DNA of 64,000 nucleotides from Aquabacterium sp. (GTDB lineage: Bacteria; Pseudomonadota; Gammaproteobacteria; Burkholderiales; Burkholderiaceae_C). Below the pieces are notes generated by a model. It was not told the DNA's origin and ran no database searches. It saw only the letters and a program-made list of their open reading frames with translations. Position 1 is the first letter of the stretch. Every line of letters begins with the position of its first letter. Positions 57,234-64,000 of this stretch are shown piece by piece. Where the stretch lies: the NCBI RefSeq assembly GCF_021768455.1, contig NZ_JAIZVX010000002.1:7765-71764 (forward strand). The letters are read 5' to 3'. The translations under genes were made by a program, and so were the position numbers.

Positions 57234-57899
57234 ATGAAAACAATCGACTGTAAGCGACGTGCGATGGGCCTGTGGACCCTGGGTGCTTGCCTGATGGGCC
57301 CGATGGCTGCGATGGCCGCCCAGCCAGCGACACTGCTGGTGGTGGGCGACAGCCTCTCCGCAGAATATGGCCTGGCCACTGGCACAGGCTGGGTCGCCCT
57401 GTTGCAGGGGCGACTGGACAAAGACAAGGCGGGGTTTCAGGTCGTCAATGCCAGCATCAGTGGCGAGACCACCTCGGGAGGCCAGACCCGTTTGCCAGCC
57501 TTGCTGCGCACGCACCAGCCGCGGGTCGTGGTGATCGAGTTGGGAGCAAACGACGCGCTGCGAGGGTTGCCGGTGGCGAGCACCGTGAACAACCTGACCA
57601 GCATGGTCAAGGCCAGCCAGGCAGCGGGCGCCATGGTGCTGCTGGTGGGCATGCAGGTCCCGCCAAATTACGGCAAGCGCTACACCACCGAGTTTGCCCA
57701 GGCCTTCGAGACGGTGTCGCACAGCACAGGCGCCAGCCTGGTGCCCTTCATGCTCAAGGGCGTTGCCGATCGACCCGATGCGCGCGATTGGTTTCAGGCC
57801 GACGGCATCCACCCGCAGGCCAAGGCGCACCCCTTGATCCTGGAGGTGATCTGGCCCAGCCTGAAGCCCTTACTTCTTGGGCGTCAGACCCGCCCCTAG
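57234..57899 (+). CDS. tesA: Periplasmic GDSL arylesterase/acyl-CoA thioesterase I
   Basis: Signal peptide, GDSLSA, NASISGETT, ELGAND, DGIHP. Confidence 0.92.
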   Translation: MKTIDCKRRAMGLWTLGACLMGPMAAMAAQPATLLVVGDSLSAEYGLATGTGWVALLQGRLDKDKAGFQVVNASISGETTSGGQTRLPALLRTHQPRVVVIELGANDALRGLPVASTVNNLTSMVKASQAAGAMVLLVGMQVPPNYGKRYTTEFAQAFETVSHSTGASLVPFMLKGVADRPDARDWFQADGIHPQAKAHPLILEVIWPSLKPLLLGRQTRP

Positions 57900-58439
57900 G
57901 TTGCCCATGAGTGTCTCGGTCTGCTTGGCCATCTGCTCCTGCATCTGGTTGAACAGGCTGCGAGACTGCTCGATGTAGCCGCCCATGAAGTTTTGCATCA
58001 GCGGATTCTGCAGGCTGACGACGGAGTTCTCGGTCAGGCGGGACTGCAGGTCGATGAAGGACTGGATGTTCTTCTCGAGGTAGTTGCCCATCAGCCCCTG
58101 CATGGTGTGGCCATAGAGGCGGATGATCTGCGCCAGGGCCTGGGTCGTGAACATGGGCACACCGGCGCTCTCTTCTTCCAGGATGATCTGCAGAAGGATG
58201 CTGCGGGTGAGGTCCTCGCCCGACTTGGCATCCAGCACCACAAAGGGCTCGCAGGTCATGACCATGTCCTTCATGTCGGACAAGGTGATGTAGCTGCTGG
58301 TCTTGGTGTCGTAGAGGCGGCGATTGGGGTACTTCTTGATGGCGCGCACGCCCTTGGGCGGCTCGGCGCCAGCTGTCCCGGCCTCGTCGGGGGTGTCGGC
58401 TCCCTCGGCGGGCGGGCTTTTTCGGCTGGCTGCGTTCAT
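57870..58439 (-). CDS. phaR: Polyhydroxyalkanoate synthesis repressor PhaR
   Basis: IKKYPNRRLYDTKTSSYITL, DLTRSILLQIILEEE; AGGAG Shine-Dalgarno before ATG 58439. Confidence 0.95.
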   Translation of the reverse strand: MNAASRKSPPAEGADTPDEAGTAGAEPPKGVRAIKKYPNRRLYDTKTSSYITLSDMKDMVMTCEPFVVLDAKSGEDLTRSILLQIILEEESAGVPMFTTQALAQIIRLYGHTMQGLMGNYLEKNIQSFIDLQSRLTENSVVSLQNPLMQNFMGGYIEQSRSLFNQMQEQMAKQTETLMGNLGAGLTPKK

Positions 58440-58701
58440 CTGGGGCTCCTGTGGGTCTGGTTCATTGTAGGGCGATGACATCCCCAGGACATGCAACAAG
58501 CAAGGGGACGCCCCGCGCCCACCTCAGGCGCGACTTTCATCACGGCTCGGTGCCCCGTTTCCGCAACATGGCAGGCATGCATGGTTGCGATGGGCTGCGG
58601 CAGTGATCTGGGTCTCTGGGGGCGTGGGCTCTGTACAACGCATGGCGCCCGTACCAGCCGCTGGCCTCAAGGGCCCACTCGCGAGATTGAAAGCCGGCAA
58701 G

Positions 58702-58738
58702 AAAAAAGCCTTCTAAGTCACTGACCTAGAAGGCTTTT
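58702..58738. terminator. Intrinsic terminator downstream of tRNA-Val
   Basis: AAAAAAGCCTTCTA-N11-TAGAAGGCTTTT; T6 tract on the minus strand. Confidence 0.85.
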
Positions 58739-58763
58739 CTGTACCTGAGGTACCTACCGAATT

Positions 58764-58840
58764 TGGTAGGCGCGATTGGATTCGAACCAACGACCCCCAC
58801 CATGTCAAGGTGGTGCTCTAACCAACTGAGCTACGCGCCT
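58764..58840 (-). tRNA. tRNA-Val(GAC)
   Basis: Reverse complement AGGCGCGTAGCTCAGTTGGTTAGAGCACCACCTTGACATGGTGGGGGTCGTTGGTTCGAATCCAATCGCGCCTACCA, 77 nt, cloverleaf with anticodon GAC and encoded CCA; extended -10 TGCTATAGT at 58852-58860. Confidence 0.98.
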
Positions 58841-58869
58841 GGAAGACTTAGACTATAGCACGATTTCGA

Positions 58870-61155
58870 TCATTTTCGTCTTGCTTTCAAAACACCGCTG
58901 ATTTGCGACACTTTTGAAAGGACGTTGCCGAGTCGGGCTGTGTCCGCGGTCTGAACCGTTAGCGTGATTGTAACGTGATCTTTGACCGTTTGACTCTGCA
59001 TGGCCTGAACATGTGTCTTGCCTTGGGCCAAAACGTCACACACGTCTCTGAGGAGGCCCGCGCGATCGTGGGCTTCTACCAACACATCGACCGCGTAATG
59101 GGCCGATTCATCGGCTGCCTGCCTGCCCCAGGCCACAGGAATGATGCGCTCGGCATGGCGTCCGGCCATCTGGCGGAAGTTGCTGCAGTCGCTGCGGTGA
59201 ACCGCCACGCCCTTGCCTCGCGTGACGTAACCGCCGATGGCATCGGGTGGTGCGGGTTTGCAACACCGGGCCAGCTGGGTGAGCAAGGAGTCCATGCCGA
59301 CCACGAGCACCCCCTTGCCATCGGCGGCCGGGGCGTTGGGCTCCGAGCGGCTCAAACGTTGAGCCAGTGCCTGATCAGGGTCGGGCGTGGGCTCGGCCGG
59401 GCGGAAGTACTGCTCGATGTTGCGCAGGGAGTATTCATCCTTGCCAACCACGTCAAACAGCGCATCGGCGCTGCGGAAACCCAGGCCCGCCGCCAACTCG
59501 TCGAGCTTGGTAGCGGTCTTACCTTCCCGCTGGAGGATGCGCTCGACCGCTTCGCGCCCCCGGGCGATGGTGCTTTGCTGAGCCAGGGCGTTGAACCAGG
59601 CCCTCACCTTGGCCCGCGCACGCTGGCTTTTGAGGAAACCCAGCTCGGTGTTGAGCCAATCCAGGGAGGGGCCACCTTCCTTGGTGGCGATCACTTCGAT
59701 GGTCTGGCCGCTGCGCAACGGGGTGTTGAGCGTGACCATGGCGCCATCGACCCGGGCGCCACGGCAGCGGTGCCCCAGGTTGGTGTGCAAGGTGTAGGCA
59801 AAGTCGATGGCGGTGGCGCCGGCCGGCAGGTCGATGATCTCGCCCTCAGGGGTGAAGACGTAGATCCGGTCATCGAACAGCCCTTGGCTGTGGGTACCGC
59901 CCTGGGCTTCGTCGGCGGAGGCGAGGTCGCGCTCCCAGGCAAGCAGCTGACGCAGCACGGTCTTGCGGGCCTCGGCCACGCGGGTCTCGAACTGGCCTGC
60001 TGCCTGCACACCGGCATAGCCCTTGGCGCCAGCTTCCTTGTAGGCCCAATGGGCGGCGACACCGCTTTCCGCGTGCTCGTGCATGGCGGGTGTGCGGATC
60101 TGGATCTCGATGGAGCGGCCTTGCGCATCGCGCACCACGGTGTGCAGCGACTGGTAGCCGTTGGCCTTGGGGCGGGCGATGTAGTCGGAAAACTCGTCGG
60201 TGATGGGGTGCCAGTGCGCGTGGATCAGGCTGAGCGCGGCGTAGCAGGCGGGCACGTCGGCCACGATCACGCGCAAGGCGCGCAGGTCGAAGACACGCTC
60301 GATGGGCAGGCCCTTGCCCTGCATCTTCTTGTAGATGCTGTAGAGGTGCTTCGGGCGCCCCTGGACCAGGGCATCGATGCCGGCGTCTCTCAGGGCCTGG
60401 GCCAGCTCCAGCTGGATTTCGGCGATGTGGCGCTCACGCTCCAGGCGTTTTTCATCCAGGGAGCGGGCGATCTGCCTGTAGGTGTCGGGCTGGAGGAAGC
60501 GGAAAGCGAGGTCTTCCAGCTCCCACTTGATTTGCCAGATGCCCAGGCGGTTGGCCAGCGGGGCGAACACCTGCAGGGATTCACGGGCCAGCGTGCGAGG
60601 GCATGGCAGCTTGGTCTCGGCGTAATGGCGCAAGGTCTGCAGGCGGGAGGCCAGGCGCAGCAGGACCACACGCAGGTCGCGCGAAAAGGCCAGCAGCATC
60701 TTGCGAATGCGCTCGACCTGTTCTGCACGCAGGGGGCCATCGGCATCATCGCCCAGGGCGTCGCGGGCGTTTCGCTGCACCTGCACCAGCTTGCGGGTGT
60801 GGGCAACGATACCGACCGCATCGGGCCCGAAGGCGCGCTGGATCACTTCTTCAGGGTCGGTGAGGTATTCGCTGGCGTAGACCAGGTAAGCGGCGGCACG
60901 CAGAGAGGGCGGCGCCCCGATGCCCTGCAGGATGGCTGCCACACCATCAGCATGGATGAGCGCGTCTTCGGCTGTGTCGAAATGCTTGCCGGCCAGGAGG
61001 GGCTCGGCAAAGGCGCGGGCCTTGTGCAGCAGCTGCTCCGGACCGCCAGCATCCGCCGTGTCGCGCACGGGCGCCATCTCGGCCAGTTCAACGATGGGCG
61101 CATGGGCGGGTGCAGCCGAGGCCAGTACGCCTTGAGAGGTCAAACCGGTCTTCAT
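58870..61155 (-). CDS. relA: RelA (p)ppGpp synthetase (hydrolase-dead long RSH)
   Basis: APLANRLG, GRPKHLYSI, KANGYQSLHT, EIQIRT, TGS (DFAYTLHT), CC and ACT domains; the HD motif is replaced by VY. Confidence 0.93.
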   Translation of the reverse strand: MKTGLTSQGVLASAAPAHAPIVELAEMAPVRDTADAGGPEQLLHKARAFAEPLLAGKHFDTAEDALIHADGVAAILQGIGAPPSLRAAAYLVYASEYLTDPEEVIQRAFGPDAVGIVAHTRKLVQVQRNARDALGDDADGPLRAEQVERIRKMLLAFSRDLRVVLLRLASRLQTLRHYAETKLPCPRTLARESLQVFAPLANRLGIWQIKWELEDLAFRFLQPDTYRQIARSLDEKRLERERHIAEIQLELAQALRDAGIDALVQGRPKHLYSIYKKMQGKGLPIERVFDLRALRVIVADVPACYAALSLIHAHWHPITDEFSDYIARPKANGYQSLHTVVRDAQGRSIEIQIRTPAMHEHAESGVAAHWAYKEAGAKGYAGVQAAGQFETRVAEARKTVLRQLLAWERDLASADEAQGGTHSQGLFDDRIYVFTPEGEIIDLPAGATAIDFAYTLHTNLGHRCRGARVDGAMVTLNTPLRSGQTIEVIATKEGGPSLDWLNTELGFLKSQRARAKVRAWFNALAQQSTIARGREAVERILQREGKTATKLDELAAGLGFRSADALFDVVGKDEYSLRNIEQYFRPAEPTPDPDQALAQRLSRSEPNAPAADGKGVLVVGMDSLLTQLARCCKPAPPDAIGGYVTRGKGVAVHRSDCSNFRQMAGRHAERIIPVAWGRQAADESAHYAVDVLVEAHDRAGLLRDVCDVLAQGKTHVQAMQSQTVKDHVTITLTVQTADTARLGNVLSKVSQISGVLKARRK

Positions 61156-62102
61156 GCCAGCAGGAAGTCCTTCACCAGGCTGACCTGATCGGGGCTGATC
61201 AAGGTGGGGGCGTGACCGATCCCGGGCAGTTCGACCAGGCGGGCCTTCGGGCCACGTTGCGTCATGGCTTGCGCGGTGTCGGCGCCGAGCAGGTCGGATT
61301 GCTGACCGCGCACCAGGAGCACCTCGCTCTTCAGGGCGTCGTAGACCTGCCACAAGGCGGCTTCGCCCGCTGTGGCGCTGTCGGCGCTCATGGTTTTGAA
61401 GGGCTCGGCGATGGCCGGGTCGTAATGCAAGGTCAGTCGGCCATCGGCCGTGGGGCGCAACAAGGGCCTGGAGAGCGCCAGCCACTGTTCGGGCGTGTGG
61501 GGACCGAAGCCGGTGGAGATGCTCCACAGGTAATCGGCAGCTTCCTGCTCGGAGGCGAAGCTCAGGGGCTTGCCAAGGTAGTCGCCAATGCGCAACAAGG
61601 CTTCGATGCGCAGACGCGGGCCCACGTCGTTCAGCACGAAGCGGCGCAGGCGCACACCGGTGACCTCGGGCGGCAGCGTGGAGAAGCCCAGGCCGATGAG
61701 CCCGCCCATGGAGGTGCCGACCCAGTCGATGTCGAGCACCTGCTCGGTTTTCAGCTCGGCGCGCAGCTGTTGCAGCAGCGCGACCATGTCCGCCACATAA
61801 GAGAAGACTTGGTAGCCCGCGGGCTGGGCCAGCCAGTCGGAATGGCCGCGGCCCACCACATCGGGGCAGATGACCTGGTAGTGGGCGGACAGGGTTTGGG
61901 CCAGCACGTCAAAGTCGCGCCCCTGGCGACTGAGGCCGTGCACGCACAGGAGGATGCGCGGGTTGGCCGGGTCACCCCAGCGCCAATAGGCCATGCGGTG
62001 CGTCTGGGCATCGGTCTTGCTCGCACCCGGGCAGCTCACGAACTGCAGCGATGGCTGTTGAGGACCGCTGGACGCGATGGTGGCGTTGGAAAGGCTGGTC
62101 AT
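61152..62102 (-). CDS. Alpha/beta hydrolase, probable 3-hydroxybutyrate-oligomer hydrolase (PhaZc/PhaY2-like)
   Basis: CVHGLSRQGRDFD, PDVVGRG, GTSMGG nucleophile, LNDVGP, GHAP; divergent from bdhA. Confidence 0.75.
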   Translation of the reverse strand: MTSLSNATIASSGPQQPSLQFVSCPGASKTDAQTHRMAYWRWGDPANPRILLCVHGLSRQGRDFDVLAQTLSAHYQVICPDVVGRGHSDWLAQPAGYQVFSYVADMVALLQQLRAELKTEQVLDIDWVGTSMGGLIGLGFSTLPPEVTGVRLRRFVLNDVGPRLRIEALLRIGDYLGKPLSFASEQEAADYLWSISTGFGPHTPEQWLALSRPLLRPTADGRLTLHYDPAIAEPFKTMSADSATAGEAALWQVYDALKSEVLLVRGQQSDLLGADTAQAMTQRGPKARLVELPGIGHAPTLISPDQVSLVKDFLLA

Positions 62103-62167
62103 GGCAATGGGTCGACAGATAATGAGCCAGTCCACATTGTGTTTGCACTTGCCAACAGGAGGCCCAG

Positions 62168-62950
62168 ATGTTGAAAGGAAAAACCGCCCTCGTGACCGGA
62201 TCCACCAGTGGGATCGGTCTGGGGATTGCCGAGAAACTGGCCGCACAGGGCGCCAACGTCATTCTGAACGGCTTCGGGGATGTGACTGCGCCACGGGCCG
62301 CCGTCGAAGCCTCGGGCCAGACCCATGGCGTGAAGGTGGGGTTTCATGGCGCAGACATGTCCAAGGCCAGCGAGATCGCCGACATGATGGCCTATGCCGA
62401 AAAGGACTTCGGCGGTGTGGACATCCTGGTCAACAACGCCGGCATCCAGTTTGTGTCGAACGTGGAGGACTTCCCCATTGAAAAGTGGGATGCGGTCATC
62501 GCCATCAACCTGAGCTCGGCTTTCCACACCTCGCGCCTGGCCCTGCCCGGCATGAAGGCGAAGAACTGGGGCCGCATCATCAACCTGGCTTCGGTGCATG
62601 GTCTGGTGGGATCTGCTGGCAAGTCGGCCTATGTGGCGGCCAAGCACGGCGTGATCGGTCTGACCAAGGTGACGGCACTCGAGAACGCCAAGACCGGCGT
62701 GACCTGCAATGCCATCTGCCCGGGCTGGGTGCTGACGCCGCTGGTGCAGAAGCAGATCGACGACAAGGCCGCCCGCGAGGGCATCACCGTGGCCGAGGCT
62801 CAGGTGCACCTTCTCGGCGAAAAGCAGCCTTCACTGCAGTTCGTGACGCCTGCCCAGTTGGGTGATCTGGCGGTGTTCATGTGCTCGCCAGCGGGTGACA
62901 ACATCCGTGGCGTGGCCTGGAACATGGATGGCGGCTGGGTGGCCCAGTAA
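62168..62950 (+). CDS. bdhA: D-3-hydroxybutyrate dehydrogenase
   Basis: TGSTSGIG, NNAGIQ, SVHGLV, KSAYVAAKHG, ICPGWVLTPLV, EKQPS. Confidence 0.95.
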   Translation: MLKGKTALVTGSTSGIGLGIAEKLAAQGANVILNGFGDVTAPRAAVEASGQTHGVKVGFHGADMSKASEIADMMAYAEKDFGGVDILVNNAGIQFVSNVEDFPIEKWDAVIAINLSSAFHTSRLALPGMKAKNWGRIINLASVHGLVGSAGKSAYVAAKHGVIGLTKVTALENAKTGVTCNAICPGWVLTPLVQKQIDDKAAREGITVAEAQVHLLGEKQPSLQFVTPAQLGDLAVFMCSPAGDNIRGVAWNMDGGWVAQ

Positions 62951-62952
62951 GC

Positions 62953-64000
62953 ATGGTTCTGGTTCCTGCGAACCTGGGGGAGGATCCCTCAGGGCGGGCA
63001 CCGGGGGTACCCTGGTCTCCCTTGTACGACGATCTCTATTCCACCGATGCCGGCGCCCTGGCCCAGGCCCGGCACGTGTTCATGGGCGGCAATGGCTTGC
63101 CAGCGCGCTGGCAGGGGCGGCACCGCTTCGTCATCCTTGAAACCGGTTTTGGGCTGGGCCACAATTTTCTGGCGACCTGGCAAGCCTGGCGGGAAGACCC
63201 ATCACGCTGCGAGCGGCTGGTGTTCATTTCGGTCGAAAAGCACCCCGTGCGCCGCACCGATCTGGCGCAGGTTCATGAGGTCGGAGGGCGAAACGCCTTG
63301 CCCGACGAGGCGGCCGATCGCCCCGCTCAGGATCTGCGCGCACGCATGGTAGAGGCCTGGCCTGTCCTGACGCCTGGCTGGCACGACATCGACATGGGCG
63401 AGCCGGGGGGCGGCGTGCGGTTGATGCTGGGCCTGGGAGATGTGGCCAACCTTTTGCCTGGCTTGCTGGCCGAGGTGGACGCCTTCTACCTTGACGGCTT
63501 CAGCCCAGCCAAGAACCCCGACATGTGGGCCGACAGCCTGTTGAGCCGACTGGGGCGCCTTGCCGCGCCGGGCGCGACCGCCGCCACCTGGACCTACGCC
63601 CGAGTCGTGCGCGATGGCTTGCACAAGGCGGGCTTTGTGACCGAGCGCGGCCCTGGGCTTGGCAGCAAGCGTGACATGCTGAGCGCCCGGTTTGAGCCCC
63701 GCCATGTGCCGGCGCCGCCGGCGGGAGGACTTTGGCCTGAGCTGCCTCCGGCGCAGCGTCAGGCACTGGTGCTCGGCGCCGGCCTGGCGGGCAGCAGTGC
63801 CACCCTCGCCTTGCGACAGGCGGGCTGGGGTGTGCACCTGATCGACGAGGCCGATGGCCCCGCTCAGGGCGCATCGGGCAATCCTGGCGGACTGTTTCAC
63901 AGCATCGTGCACGGGGAAGACGGCGTGCACGCGCGGGCGCACCGCGCGGCCGCTTTGGCGACCCATCGGGCCTTGCAACCGCTCTGGGCCAGCGGCCAGG
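62953..64000 (+). CDS. mnmC: tRNA mnm5s2U biosynthesis bifunctional protein MnmC (3' end runs off the window)
   Basis: Manual translation: MVLVPANLGEDP...YDDLYS...QARHVF...ILETGFGLGHNFLATW, later DAFYLDGFSPAKNPDMW, FAD motif GAGLAG and ASGN. Confidence 0.93.
   Translation, partial: MVLVPANLGEDPSGRAPGVPWSPLYDDLYSTDAGALAQARHVFMGGNGLPARWQGRHRFVILETGFGLGHNFLATWQAWREDPSRCERLVFISVEKHPVRRTDLAQVHEVGGRNALPDEAADRPAQDLRARMVEAWPVLTPGWHDIDMGEPGGGVRLMLGLGDVANLLPGLLAEVDAFYLDGFSPAKNPDMWADSLLSRLGRLAAPGATAATWTYARVVRDGLHKAGFVTERGPGLGSKRDMLSARFEPRHVPAPPAGGLWPELPPAQRQALVLGAGLAGSSATLALRQAGWGVHLIDEADGPAQGASGNPGGLFHSIVHGEDGVHARAHRAAALATHRALQPLWASGQ

Noticed and set aside
58700-58870. tRNA-Val as a possible genomic island or prophage attachment site
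   Set aside because: No integrase and no duplicated tRNA 3' end seen; the tRNA is followed by its terminator and core genes.
60860-60960. Loss of the HD motif in the RSH protein as a novelty
   Set aside because: Expected for RelA in beta- and gammaproteobacteria.
62953-64000. Apparent gene-free end of the window, or a frameshifted mnmC
   Set aside because: Manual translation from 62953 gives MnmC motifs in one frame; the ORF track omits it only because the stop lies beyond the window. The same applies to pilZ at 1-301.

Overview
A GC-rich, gene-dense core-chromosome segment from a betaproteobacterium of the Burkholderiales (gene order and proteins suggest the Aquabacterium/Rubrivivax-Comamonadaceae neighbourhood; this is inference). 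I found no transposase, integrase, phage gene or CRISPR array. About 55 CDS and one tRNA-Val(GAC), in order: pilZ(partial)-holB-tmk-mltG / ygfZ-DUF4936-NRDE; a PsrA-headed acyl-CoA cluster (psrA, FabG4-type reductase, MaoC dehydratase, thiolase, fadD, thioesterase-GNAT fusion); gbd-like Fe-ADH; CNNM protein, patatin, tex; pyrD; a pseudokinase-HDOD fusion; addAB-like genes; trxA-rho-rpmE2; pstSCAB-phoU-phoBR with a divergent fasciclin lipoprotein; glmM-folP-ftsH-rlmE / yhbY; greA-carB-carA; bfr-bfd; rlmB, ybbA/tesA, phaR, tRNA-Val, relA, PhaZc-like hydrolase, bdhA and mnmC(partial). I see no clearly new multi-gene system. The best leads are (1) the collinear PsrA-controlled FabG4/MaoC/thiolase/FadD module with an operator palindrome, (2) a protein whose kinase and HDOD domains both appear catalytically degenerate, (3) a triple Pho box in front of a fasciclin lipoprotein, (4) structured leaders before carA (Shine-Dalgarno sequestering stem) and greA, (5) many apparently leaderless genes, including a bidirectional rlmE/yhbY promoter, and (6) PHB-mobilisation genes coupled to relA. 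All family calls come from motif recognition; no database search was run.
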